Positions 35,800-50,300 of a stretch of 64,000 nt of DNA are shown piece by piece. Below the pieces are notes generated by a model. It saw only the letters and a list, made by a program, of their open reading frames with translations. It searched no databases and was not told the DNA's origin. The stretch spans positions 1 through 64,000 of the forward strand of contig FLMG01000988.1 of assembly GCA_900088475.1 (NCBI GenBank). Reading direction: 5' to 3'. How positions within the stretch are numbered: position 1 is the stretch's first letter; each line of letters starts with the position of its first letter. This stretch comes from Hyphochytrium catenoides. Taxonomy: Eukaryota; Protista; Hyphochytriomycota. Made by a program: the position numbers and the translations under genes.

Positions 35800-38695
35800 C
35801 TACAAGGTTCCTGAATGGACCTCATTGGCGCCAGATCGGAGCGGACTGCTCGTTCTACTCGACTCAGATTGAGCGCTCGGCTGCGGCCAACCTCCAGGAC
35901 TGAAGAAGTCCTCTTCTTCTACATCTGAGTCACCCATCATAGAGCTTGACGGTGTAATTGTGTATGACGAGTGCAACGTCTGTCCAGCTCCGTTCACCTT
36001 TTGAAGGGCGCTCTAGTATCATAACACCGTCAGTTAAAGACCCAAGATGTCAGGAGATCTCAACGAACTGTTGGATAACACTTACAACGTCACTCCTTTC
36101 GGCGGGCGCTGGATGATGGTGCTCAGAATCCGAGGTAGCAATTGTCATTGCCCTCAGGCTTGACACGTCGGTTGAGGAGACGGAAAAGGTTGGCTTCATA
36201 TAGTAATCTACAATGGTATCCATGAAGCCTTTTTTGGTGGATACAGGGGTCTCTGTTGCGCCCTGTCCCAAGATCCAGCATTTGAGCACATAACAAGGAA
36301 GCCCACTCTGCGCGCTTTGACCTACCGTTAATCTTTGTATCTTCAGCAGGTCCATCACTGTTCGGGTCAAGCCTCCCATCCCAAAAACCGTTATGAGCAC
36401 GATTGACATGGTCGTACAGACGATTACCTGTTTATCGCAGGGTGCCAATAGTCAAAGACACATAACTATGCAGGTGCACAATCAAGGATCTTTGTGACAA
36501 GCTAAATTTTCAGCAGCTAAGTGGCAGCATTCCAGAGTTGACCATCGCTCTGAGCTGAGAAAAGGGGACTCCTACCTCCCTCTGGGCTCCAGGGAAGGTC
36601 AAACTCAGCGCGAAGGCGACGGCTCCCCTTAAACCAACAAACCATAGCATGGTTTGCTGAGACCAGTCCAGTTTCGTTCTAAGAGCCGAGATGATGGCGA
36701 GGTCAATGATGAGGAAGAGGTTCCTCGACACAATATATGGAGCTTACTGGCTGCACAGGTTCAGGCAAAGCGAAATGGGGTAGACCAAGAAAGCTCTCGA
36801 TACCAGGCACGCCATCAGCGACACGAGTATAAGGGGAAGATTCCAACCGATTTGAAGGGAAAAGAATGATAGTCCCAGCCCTGCCAGAGAAATAAGCCGT
36901 TAAATGTAGGTGGCTCGCTATGTGAATTTGCTCACTAATAGAGCAAGTACTTACATAGGAATACCATCGTCTCAGCAAGATACGCCAGCAACTTAAAGGT
37001 GTGAGTGACACTGTCGGGCCATTAGTCAGAAGACTCCCAAAAGGGCAAGGAGAGCTACGTTGTACATGGAGATTGCTTACATGGATCGGCTTTCGGGAGA
37101 GAGATTCTTGTGGGCAAGGTTTCTCATAGTGATAGCTGATAAGAGATAGGAAAAACCCCTAATCAGTAAAACGCAAGGCATCTTGTACAGTATCAATAGT
37201 CCTGAGCAAACCTGCGAATGCCACCGCCACGATGCCACTCATCTCCAATACTTCAGCTAAAAGGAAAGGGATGTACGCGAACAGAACGTAAATGGAGCAC
37301 TGTGTAGGGCAAATGACTCTGTTAGATTTCATTGCCCATCGCTTTGTTCTCAGTCAGAAGGTAGATGGAGAGTTGAGGTTAGGTGGGGCGGTGAAGTAGA
37401 GGCAATAAGATGTAAGAAGAGCCACCTAATCCTCAGCGAGAGTCCTCGGCGTACCTCATGTAGTTTATTGCCCCTAAGAAAGGTGTGCTTAAGCAGCAAG
37501 GCGCAGATGCAACCCATAACAATTCCCAGCGCAGTGGAGCCAATGAAGATCAATAAGAAGTCAAGCCCAGCTAAGAGCAACGACTGCGCCGAATGCGTAT
37601 AGCCGATAAATTTGGCGGAGGTCTCGTAGAGGACCAAAGAAACTGCATCGTTCAAGAGAGACTCGCCGAAAACGATGTAGAACAGTGTAGGTTCCTGCAG
37701 CAAATTATCGTCACGCAAATATAAAAGTTGTCGGATAACATAGGGAAGAGATATCAGGTCCTAGAGGCAGAATAACGGTACGCCAAGGAATCGCAGTAAT
37801 TACCACTTGGTGCTTCTCGAAGACTGAGAGAACCGAGACAGGGTCCTGCAGGACAGGGAATGTGAGTAGTGACTCGTCCAAGAGACAGAACAAAGAGCGG
37901 AGAGTTTATTAAGCGGGAAAGCAATAGAAGAAAGCCATCACAAAGCTGCACAGTTATCTGGGTACGGACCGTCGCACTGATGAGGGCGCCAAACGTCAGG
38001 CATTCCGCAAATGAGAGCGAAAGGCAGAACCCTGACTGCCCGGCGAGCCACAGTAAGGCTCCAAATATCCCGCTGGAGATTAATGGGCCAACGACAGAAA
38101 ACGAGAGAATGGCAGTCAAATGCTCGAACAGGTATCTTCTTTTGATGCTGTATCCTACGCGTCCCGGAATTGCTTGTAAGTGTCCGAACCCTTGAAGCGA
38201 GGTCATATTCCCACTTACTCACCGCCATTGAATAATATAGGGGGAAGCAGAAGGATAAAGAAGTAGTCACGCTTGAAAGACATTAGCTGTGCAGCGCAAC
38301 GGACGATGTTAGTGCGTATCCTTAAGTACTGGTGGCTTAAGGTCCGTCGAGCCTCACCGCATCCGTTGTGTCTGTCCGGATGATCCTAAACAATGCGCTG
38401 AAGGTGATTCCAACCAGTACTGCGGCTATTGCAAAGTGAGAGGTAACGGCTTCAATGATTCAAGGAGATTATGAACCATATCCCAAGCCACGCACGTACC
38501 TCCAGCCTCAGGTAGGTATCGCAGGTTCTTTCTGTGGACCCAATTCATCGCGAACAGCGATAGCGTGACGAGCAGTACCAGCAGGGTGAACAGGGAGCTG
38601 ATCTCATAGCGGTTGTTGGTGCCGAAGTTGTACTCGTTTAGCTGATAAGGGCGATAGGCTGCCCCAGCTGCGTCCGATGCCAAAAAACGCTCCAT
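35800..38695 (-). CDS. Na+/H+ exchanger (CPA1/SLC9 family, NHE8/endomembrane-like), multi-exon
   Basis: Motifs: YLPEAA, FFILLLPPILFNGGY, FGALISATDPVSVL, IVFGESLLNDAVSLVLY, LEMSGIVAVAF, LAYLAETMVF and WFVGLRGAVAFALS, followed by a hydrophilic C-terminal tail. Confidence 0.95.
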
Positions 38696-39189
38696 CTGTC
38701 CTTCAAAAACTCAAAAACTCGACGATGAGAGAGGCTCAGCCAAGTCTTGTGATCAGGATGCAATCAGCAAGGGGTGGTTGCTGGCGATGCCCAACCTCTT
38801 CCAACCTCTCGCCCCTTGGAGTCCGTGAAAAAGAGGCCAGACAGAGGGCAAAGTGGCAGGGCGGTGGTGAGACTTTACACGCTTCTGCGGCCCAAGACTT
38901 ATGCCGGTGGCCTAGTTCCGTGTCTCTCAAAGTGTTTGTCCTAAGGTACGAGTACACGTACAAAGTTCTTCCCCTCTGGATCCCCGCAAACTTGACGTCT
39001 GTCTGACTCCTTCCGTTCCCTTTAGACGGAGCTGCTTATGTGATTACACAGAGGAAGAGGAAACTTCTTCGATGTCAGTCTCTTGGTCTGTTGAAAGAAA
39101 GCAGCAAGAAAACGCAGATTGTACAACTGTACAATCAGAACTACATTGAGAATCCAGTGATTTGCTGTGTATGTTGTGCCCTGATTACG

Positions 39190-39209
39190 GTACGTACAGC
39201 TGTACGTAC
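39190..39209. repeat. Perfect 20-bp palindrome
   Basis: GTACGTACAGCTGTACGTAC equals its own reverse complement. Confidence 0.9.
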
Positions 39210-39619
39210 AGTACTGATATTGAGGAACGTTTGTGCATACAAAAGACATGATGAAGGAAGGGTGTTCTTTCCTTTGTGCAGAAGCAAGAGGCGTCGATGG
39301 TGGATCACGGCACTGCGCTGCCCGCTGAATGGATGTGCTAGTGAAAGGCGGCCCGGCCCCCACATGGAAGGATATGAATACTATCGTAGAAATCCCTTAC
39401 TTTTGCACTAAGTGAGTCGTGCTGCAAAACGAGGTTGAATGAGAATGAGCGAAGACTTAGATTAGCGAAGACCAGGGTCTGAGATGTGGAGCTTTTTTTT
39501 AGAGGTTTTAGGTCATTGTTATTCTACAGGCGTGAGATAGACGTAACTGTGTGGTGTATGCAACATGCTTAGTTGCGCAGGTAAGCACAACTGTACATGA
39601 TACGAGAAGGGCTATGTGT

Positions 39620-40460
<841 letters not shown>

Positions 40461-40726
40461 GGTTCCTATGTATAATAAGCTAACACCTGAACTAAACTTG
40501 TGCTGAGCAAGGTGTCTGCAGATCGGAAAGTCTCTGTCTGACGTCTTAAACGGATGATCGCCATAAGGAGAGGACTTGGAGCGGAGCGGCTGCGGATGAA
40601 AGAGCTCAAAAGGAACAGTGAATTCGAGGAGGGGTGGGTGGGATTGCAACGAACCAAATTAGATATCGCTATGCAACTATAAAGGCCGAAACTGGGTGGG
40701 AGCTCACCTTTGTTTGGAACCTTAAG

Positions 40727-40952
40727 TTGGCGCCAAACGATGAACGAATAGCGTGCGCTTCTTGGGATAAAGCGTTGGACTTTAAGCCTCTCTTTATAAT
40801 AAGCATAAAGCGGACTCATTAGGAAATGAGTTACCAAGTACAGATGAAATTATCCGATATATGGTGTCTCTTTGCAATACACTGTACGCACAATCTTTCA
40901 AAAATCCGGTTTGGAGCTCAACACAATTTACTACCAGAGTTTCCCGCCAAAA
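40727..40952. promoter_or_regulatory. Two E2F-like elements upstream of PCNA
   Basis: TTTGGCGC lies on the minus strand at 40737-40730, and TTTCCCGCCAAAA at 40940-40952. Both fit the TTTSSCGC consensus, 270-490 bp upstream of the ATG. Confidence 0.6.
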
Positions 40953-41393
40953 CCTGGCGCCTGCCTTTCGCATTAGAAGAGCCTCTGTTCTGTGTCCTCT
41001 GTCTTCTAAAACTTCCTCTGTCTTCCGATGAGCTCCTTCAATGCGCTCAAGGTTGAGCAGACCCTGTGTCGTGCCCTGCAGCTTTCTGCTTGTGTTGCGC
41101 CGACCACATTGTTGCTGTACGGAGGTCAGGCTCGGATACTCCTATCCATGCTGTTGATCATATTGCTAGTCAAATCCTACTATGCATGCTCTTGATCATA
41201 CTGGTGGTCAGGCGTACCCTCTCTAACGCGGACAGATCTCGAGTGAGATTAAGAGATACCCTGTATTATTTTATGGCGTAGGTCGCAATTGTCATACATC
41301 GACCTAATAAACTACGTTATCACTTGCCCTTTTCTACTAAATGTAAATAAATATGAGGGAACATATAGTTTGAGTGAGTCGGTGGCTACTCGA

Positions 41394-44300
41394 TCATGTG
41401 ATCTGGACGGGTACCTGCGCTGAACTCTTCTGAGGTCCGCCAAAGCCTTCATGACCATGGTCGTCCACTACGATCGACAGCGAATCCATCTTACTAATAG
41501 CACATGCTGTGCCCGACTCACAGCGGTACTTCAGGGTTGTCAGCACCTGATTCACCATAGAAAGGGTTCCAATAAACTCTAGAGAGGTCTTGGAAACCAT
41601 ATTGACATATAGCCCTGGGAGTCTGCTGACCAGCAGTCTGCCGCTGGTTGTTGTGACTTCCACAGTAATGGTGGAGTTCCGTTCAACACCAAAGCCGTCG
41701 ACCAAGAACTTCTCGTCCAGATCGACATCTGCAATCGAGATCATGCCAACAGTTGTGTCTTCATCCACAACCGCCGTAATGGGCGAGGAGGAATAAGAGA
41801 TAATCGGCGGATCGTTGACGGGGAGGATTTTCACAGTGAGAACTTTAGAAACCGTGAACGAGGGTCCTGTGTTATCCGGCCCAACTGCATCATGTACCGT
41901 CACAGATAAACTGTCGTCACCATTGATGTCGCGTCTTCCAGTGTATTGTACTATCCTCAGGGCTAGGTTAACATCTGTTAATGTTCCCTGAAACTGGATG
42001 CGCCTGGAACTGGTAGAATTGCCTACAAGTATAACTAAGGAGGGGGGCACAATTCCGAGTGTCAATAGACCTTTTTCACAACTGAGCTCTACGGTCAGCA
42101 GCCCGGATCCAATATCCACGTCATTGATGGCGATTGCTTGATCCACTTCGAACTCATCTACGAAGGAGCTCATGGACCAGGCTTCCCGATAGATATCAGA
42201 CAGCTTAGATGACACTGCCGTCACTTTCTTAGCCGGGAAGTACAAACTGGAGCTTAGAGGTGTCAGAGAGATAGGAAAAGCTCTATCCAGGCTTGTTACA
42301 TCTACCACGAAGTCGGCATTCGTTTCCTCAAAAGCTCTTCTTGTACCTGCCTCTGTCCCATCAGTAATCCAAAGCTCTTGGCCGCCAGATTGGCCACTAG
42401 CAACAAAGTATAACTCGGTGGTAGGAGAGCCGCTAAAATGCCATCGCGGCGTGAAGACGGTGAAGTAGGAGGCAGATGAGCTCGCCGACCCAGGGAGCAC
42501 ATCCAGAAGTAGGAAGGTCCCCTCATTGAAGCCATTACTCCGCCAGAGCTCAGAGCCATGAGTGCCATCAGAGGCTTGGAAATATAGAATGCCATTGAAA
42601 CTCGTTAAATACCGAGGGTTCGAGGAGGCAGTCTTTCCTCCAGAAATAGGAGAAGTGTTGATGTCCTTCACCAGCGCAGCAGACTGACTGACCATATCGT
42701 ACTTCCATAACTCGACGCCATGAGTCCCGTCCTCTGCCGCAAAGTAAAGCGTGTGGTCCACAACTAAAAGAGAGCTTGGATCGGAGCTACTTTGGCCTGT
42801 GAGGTCAATCGTGTGGAGGGAGACAAAGGGGACCCTAAGGACAAGTACAAGGGGATGGAGTGGCTAATGGCAAGGGAGGGGGAGTTGACTCAACACCCAA
42901 CTAAATAAAGAGAAGCTTGTGGCACATTTACCTGGGTTGATGTCAACCACAATCCTTGTCCCAGCTTGTGAAGAGTCTGAGAGACCCCTCGCGATCGGTT
43001 CAAATCTGGAGACGCCATCGCTAACCCATAACTCGCGGCCGTAGGAGGGTGTGAAAGCAGTGAAATATATGTGCCCAGCATGTGCTGTCAAGTACAGGGG
43101 GTCGGAGTCCTCTGAGCCTTTATTGATGTCCGCAACCATAATGGTCCCTACACAACGCCGGAAACTTAGTAGCAGAAAGCCATACAGTCAATTATTTTTA
43201 TGCTCACCTGACGCTGTGCCATCTGTACGCCAGAGTTCTCTGCCAAGTAATGAGCTGGTAGCCGCGAAGAGAACGAGGTCGCTGTTTAGTGATGTCATAA
43301 AAGCAGGGCTAGAGCTTCGTGTCCCAGGGTTCAAATCAGCCAGTCGTCTCGTCCCGGCTTCGCTGCCATCGGACACCCATAGCTCCGCCCCTGCCCCACG
43401 TAAGCACGGACTGTCCTTATGTCTTTCGTCAGCTCTTTCTTCGCAGCGGTTGCTTCCTCGCATGCAGACAATGCCAGCAAACTCATTCGTATTGAGCCCT
43501 GCAGGGTCATACTCTACTACGTTGCTGTCCTTTCTCCCGGCATGCTTGAAAGCTTTCGTGTTCACTGAGTCCGAGAACCTGAAATGTGTCCTTTTGAGCC
43601 CACCCCAGAAGAAAGCATCCCATCCGCATTGGTGCCAGTAAACGTACTCCTCCTCATCTCCAGGTCGCCTTCCTGCGGCTTCGTCAGAGTGAAAATAATC
43701 CCTCCCCTCGGAGGTGGACATCCAATGGTAGCCACTGGGGCATTCGTACAAGTACGAGGTGTCCCAAGTGTTGCTTCGTGACACCGCATAAAATACATCC
43801 GAATGAGTACTGCTAAGCCGCCATCCTCCGCAGTGGTCTGCCAGATGCAATGGCAACATCCATGTCGTATCGATTCCATCAGCTTGGAAGAGCAATTGAT
43901 TTTTGAAGATGGTGAGGAAAGAAGGCATGGAGCCCTCAGGACCTAGTCAACATAAGAGAAAGAAGCGGGTCGTAAGCTTACAGAAGTTAAGTCATAGCAA
44001 AGTCATAGCAAAACCCACAAGAACCCAGCCAAAGATGGTATGTACATCAGTCAAAGTGAGATAAGATCGGACAAACCATGGAAGAAGGTGAGAGCATGCT
44101 TTCCCTTCGGGCAAACATAGCTTTTACTGTTACCTGGTTTGAGATCTTTCAACCTCACGCTTCCTGGACCTGTTCCGTCGGATTTCCAGAGCTCCTCGCC
44201 TGCCTCGCCATCACTGGCTTGGAAGTAAAGATACCCATTCCATGCTGTGATGAAGCTGGGGTTAGAACTTTTGGATCCAGGATAGATGTCCTTGACCATT

Positions 44301-47300
44301 TGCTTCCTCCACGTGTGGTCATCATAGCCCCAATCCCCACTGTCGTGTGCTTGTCGTGCCCCTTCTGTTCGCCAGAGCTCGTATCCGGCATCTGCTTCTG
44401 GTATCGGCAGCCTAGCAGCCCGGTCACGATAGAGAGCACCCTTGATTTGTATGGTGGAGTCTTCCCTCAGTTCTACAATGCTGGTCCCGTCCTCTCTGGT
44501 TGGAAGGGTAATAGTTGGTGGATCATTGACGCTCTCAACAGAGATTCGGATAGTTTGGAGATCAAATTTGGGTCCTCCGGTCCCCCTGTTGCCAAGATCA
44601 TTGCAGGAGATATCGACTCTTGTTTCTCCTGCGAAATCCTTGTTGCCCTTAAAAAATAGGTACTGCATAGCTCGAGTAAGATCCTCAAGGTTGCCTGCAG
44701 TCGCATGGTGCCAGAAGAGGTAAGTGACTCAAAGACAAGCAGTGGGGATTTCAGAACACTCATGGTGAGTAGGAACTCCTATCTCAGAGCTGGGACATCT
44801 CACACTCAAACATGAAAAGAGCGAATGGAGACATTAGTGGCAATTTACTTCTCAAAAGCGACTTGTACTTCAGCCACCTACCTTTGATGGAGAGGAGAGC
44901 ACTCTCATACCCGCTTCCCATTGTTATCATGATGTCACTAAATGAAGATGGAGCCGGGCTCGCTAGGCTAATGTTGTGTTGAAAAGCGATGGACTTGTTG
45001 ATTAGGGATATTGTCCCATCTGCGGCGGAGAAGCTAAGCTCGAGTAGGTCTGCAGACGATTTTCCCGTCGGGTTCACGTCCACATCCCTGACCGTTATGC
45101 CCTGAAGGTGCAGAAAGCTGTCCTCCAGCACAGAAAACCAAGTGGACCTCTGAAGGGCAAGGGATTCTTCATCGGGAGTACTCACTTGATGCTCTCGAAT
45201 GGCGAAAGGAAGTCCAATGACTGGCGGGTCGTTGACGCCTCTTACATATACAAAGACATCAGCTGACGCTGATAAGGAAGCCTCATGACCGTCCAACCCC
45301 ATATCGCTGACAGTTAACTGTATTCTATCCGCTCCGTCCTGATCTGAGTTCCAGTTAGGCTCTGGGAGGTAAGACACTGCAGAGAGAGCAGCTTGCAAGT
45401 CCTTCAGCCTGCCCTGGATCTCGAGGGATGACCACAACGCTTGTGGAGGTGATCCACTTGTGTGAGAAGTCGCCGGTGCAGTCTCATCCTCGGCGATAAG
45501 ACTAGCGTTAGCCCGGGCGCCGACGTCCCAGATAGCTGGGCCACCCTGTAACCTCGCTGTCTCTTGCGCTTCTGAGGGGACTGAAAACAATAGTCTTTCT
45601 GTAACAGGAAGCTGCACACTTCCCCGAAAGACTTCCAATCGTACGGTTAACAAAACGTCTACTGACGTATCTCTATCCAAGGGGTCATACGCATCGACAT
45701 CGTCTATCAAAATGGGAGGAAGCAAAAGGGGATGGTCTTCCTCAGTCCAAAGTATCCAGTCGGCGGCACTTATGGTTGGGGCATCATTTACAGGGAGGAC
45801 AGTGATAGCGATGGACACGGAGGTTAGCTGTGGTCCGCCTAGCCCTGTGTAGCCCTGATCATTTGCAGTAATCGTAAAGACGTCTGGGCCATAGAAGTCT
45901 TTCTTGCCTCTATACATCATCTCTGTCAGTGCCTGATTTAGCACCTCCAGGCCTCCGCTTAGCGTTATCGTACCCTCTTGCCACAAGGTAGCACTAGGTG
46001 GCTCCTTACTACCGAGAAAAGTAACGCCGGTGAGAACGGGAAAATTTAGTAAGCCATGCAAAGTGGAGATCTTAAGCATGAGGGTTCCTGTGGTCTCTTC
46101 TACATCGCCATCCTCTATCTGTAATCCGCTGATCTTGATAGGCGTGTCTTCGTAGACTGTCAAATGATCCTGTTCACCCTCCGCCTTGCAGAAACTGCCA
46201 TCATGGAGGGAATTGAATAGACCGTACACGAGGGTATCGCGAGGATCCTTTGCACGACAGTAGTACCCTTTTTCTTTGTATAAAGCCGTGTGTATGATCG
46301 GTGGGTCATTTTTGCCGGACACTGTTATAAACCGGATGACAGCGATGGAACTCTTGGGGCCCCCGGTCCCTCTATGGCCCAGATCGTCCACCGTCAAGAC
46401 AATCTTTGCCGGGTCCTTTCTTAAACTCGTCCACTGGGGCCGCGAGAGAAAGGTGAGCTCTCTCAGCGCTTCATTGAGCTGTTGTAATGTTCCGGACAAG
46501 ATAATATGTGTGTCTGACTCACCATCACCCTCAATGAAGAGCGCTCCGGAGTGTTGGCCAAGCCCAACAACTCCGAATTCTGCGTCAACTTTCAACAGAA
46601 GCCTATCGTCTTTTGCGCTATCGTCCTCTATCTTTATATTCCGCACAATCCTAAGGCTGTTCTCCTCAATTACGAGAGGAAGTTCTGGAACAAGGACCCG
46701 AGGAGGATTGTTCACACCAATGACCTCCACTTCAACTGTCGCGATGTCCTGGAGCGCTTCGCTTTTCATGGTCTCATTCCCAAAGATAAAGGCTTCGGCT
46801 TTCACTTTGCGCACCGTGACCGTAACCGCATCTAAACCGTTCCAGAATGGTCGAGGTCGATAGCAGATATGTCTCAGTGCAGCATTAGCGTTTCGTAACG
46901 TGGCAGTGAAGACAAGGGAGTGCGATTCAGTATCCTTCCCGCTGAAGTAGAGTCCAGCAACGGTAGAAAGCTTCACAATACCCTCCGAGCATTTCAATGA
47001 TAACCGGTACACATAATCAACTACCGACTCTTGCACGGAAACGTCCTCAATCCATGCCCCAAAGCAGCTTGTTGTGTCTTCAAAGAGAGAGAGACGATCA
47101 ACAGCGACGCTTTGGGTGGCTCTACCCTGCTGCAGCTGTTCTTTGGGCGAAAGGGCTGCCCTGGTCATACCCTCGACGTGAAGAATGGGCGCTTGTGCCT
47201 TTTTCCTAGTAAACAAGGTGATCGAGGCAGCGTCCGATCTCGGTAAAAGGTGTTCCTCTACGTGGGTAGCAAAGAAAGCAAAAGTAAGCGCCATGCGCGA

Positions 47301-50300
47301 TTTTCGGAGAGCTTGATGTAGAGGGCTATAGAGCAAGGTCAAGATGCCATAGGCCAAAAAGCTACTAGAGCAGTAAACAGGAGTCAATCGACAGGGGTGG
47401 TGTGAACGCATACAAACTCCCATAAGTAATCAAGCCTTCCCAATCCATAATGACTAAGATCACTCAAAACAATTCTGTACCTTTTGCGGGGCTTTCAATC
47501 TCGAGGAAAATTGCGTCAAACTCTTCGTGATCCGCGTTGGAGTAGGGGTCCGAGGAGTAGATTAAGCATTCCACCGCAGCATTCAATGCTTTCAGAGTTC
47601 CGACGACGGCCAGAAAGGAGTCTCCTCTCAGATCGCCAGCGAGATATCTCAAGCCCGACGTGCTGGAGAGTGACAATTGACCTAGCTGGGCATGCGCTCT
47701 CAGTGTGATAAGCGAACCCGGAGGAGAGGAAGGATCTTCCAAAGAGATGCCGCAAAGTTCTGTGCTGCCGCCATGGATGACCTCAAACCTTCTTTGTGAG
47801 AGAAGAATCTATAGGACAACGGTGGCCAACATTGCGTTAGAATACTGTTTAGTTTAGAGTGTCAAACGCTCAAAGAGAGACGGAAGTCAATTCTAGAGGG
47901 AAAAGACCAACTACGATCTCTACCGTTCACCCTTATGGGGCCCTGCACTGACCTTAGGAGGCACGAGAACCTCATCCACAAAGAGTGGTAGAATTGCTGC
48001 AGATGCCCTTTCTCCGCCAGATCCAACATTCCCAAGGTCATTAACAAAGAATGACAACATGTCTTCCCCGGTGTAGAAAAGATCGCCTGTGTAGCTCAGC
48101 GAAGCAAGCGCTAGGTTTGCTATGTCAATCCCTGCTACGAAATCAACGCAACGACGCTCTAACACCTCAGAGTTTGAACAGTTGCCCTCATTCTGCCTCT
48201 CATCCAGAAGTCGCAGAGGGAGGTCACGTGGGATTTGGAGCTTGCCCCTTCTGCACCTAACCGAGACTCGGAGCTCTCCCGCACTTCTTGTTCGTCGTAT
48301 GGAGATTGGTAAACTGTCAGAGATATCCACATCCCGAACAAGAATACCATCAAACGTTACTGCAGAGCCTGCAGGCACATGAAGAACGTCGACTGCGAGG
48401 ACACTTCCGATAGAGCTTCTTTGATCAGTATTCCCAGCGTAGTAGCGCATGCCAGGGAGATCAATTTCGGGTGCGTCATTCACTGCCTCTACTCGAACAA
48501 AGAGTTGGTTACTATGCTTCCATTCAACGCTCCCATGTTGTAGACCCACCGGCCTAGAAGCCTCTCTTCCACTGATCGGAGATACGACGAGCTGTAAATT
48601 CTCTATATCGAGGCGATAGTTGCTGTTCCAATCTTTTAGAGGCACGTAAAGGAGGTTTCTCCTTAGAAGCCAGTTGACTACGCAACCCGGTCCTGAGACC
48701 TGAAATGTGGTCTTAGAAAGTAGGCGTTTTTCGACCCCAAACTTCTGCCACGATCGTTCGTCAACATCTAGGAGCTGGAACGTGCCAAATTTGGCTCTAA
48801 TTGACAGTTCAACCGGTATTGATGGAGGAAAGCCTGGGATTTTCATGCCCTTAGTGGACCGATCACGACCGCTGAGATATACGGATGCCCGAAATGGATG
48901 CAGTTTGACCCCATACAAACTTTCTCCGCCTTCCAAATCTACGTAAAGGTCACTTCCCGTCCGATCAAACAGCCTCCTCGTTCCACGAGTACTTCCGTCA
49001 CTAGTCCATAGTTCGGTTCCGTGAACATCATCCCCTACAAGGAAGAGAAGCTGGGGAAACAGATCAGCCGGTCTATCCAGTCCCGGCTCAATGGTAGTCA
49101 ATGCCAACGGGAAGGAACTCTTTGATCCTTCGGCAATATCCTTCAGGAGAAATGTGCCACTCAGCGTTCCATCACTGACCCAAAGTTCCGCTCCCACGAC
49201 AGCGTCATTTGCTTGGAAGAAGACTTTGCTTTGGAAGGAGGTAATAAAGGACGGTAGTGAGCCCGCGGATCCAGGATTTATGTCGCACACTAGATGACAG
49301 CTGCTAGCAGCGATGTCTAATACCCAAAGTTCTGGTCCATGTATCCCATCATCGGCCTGCATGAAGAGAAGGCTATCTGAAAGAGCTAGAAAACGGGGGT
49401 TTGAACCTCCTGATCCTGGGCGGATATTGCACACCACATTGGTCCCAATGGCGGTACCGTCCGAAAGCCAGAGTTCTCTTCCATAGATCTCTTCTGAGGC
49501 GGAGAAGTAAAGTAAACCATTTGAAACAGTTAAATCTCTAGGAGAGGAGCTTCTGGCACCGAACTCAATGTCGGCCACTAGCTGGGTTCCCGCGGCCGTC
49601 CCATCTGTCACCCAGAGTTCTTCCCCGTGTTGTAAAGTAATTGCAGTGAACGCCATAATCTCCGAACTCATGACCGTCAGAAAGGATGGGGACGAGGAAT
49701 GGGCACCTGGCCAAATGTCCAAGACACGCGTAGTGCCTCTGACACTTCCATCGGTGACCCAGAGCTCCTTTCCTGCTCGGCTATTACAGTCCTGATCTTG
49801 TTCATCATGGCAGGAGCGCTCTTCTTTTAGACAAATTATGCCGGCAAAGTTAGCGGTCATAGTCCCGTACTCCACCGGATGGTCTTCACTCTTTCCAGCA
49901 TGTTTGAAGGCACCCGTGTTTCCTGAGTCAGAAAAGCGGAAGTGAGTCCTTATCCCTCCCGCCCATGTGTAGCCTTGCCATCCACATTGATTCCAGTAGG
50001 TGTACTGTGGAGAGGACACTTTTACCGAAGCATCTCTAGTTGTCTCCACGAAACGCTCTAAGCCCTCCTTAGTTGATGCCCAGTGGTAGCCCGCCGGGCA
50101 TTCATACAGGAAGTCCACTCTCCAACTAGTCTCTTCGCTGACGACAAAAAGAACTTTTTGGTCCACAGAACTTTCCCTTATACCATGACACCCATCAAGA
50201 CGCCAGGACGGTGGTCTCCAGGACGAGTCAATCCCTTGGGACTGGAAAAAAAGCATATTTCTGAACACCGCGAAATGGGAAGGATAAGAGCCCGCGGGCC

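Noticed and set aside
43388-50235. Diversity-generating retroelement (two lectin-like modules as template and variable repeats)
   Set aside because: The copies are similar as protein but diverged as DNA at all bases rather than only adenines. Both are in-frame parts of one gene, and no reverse transcriptase is present in the window.
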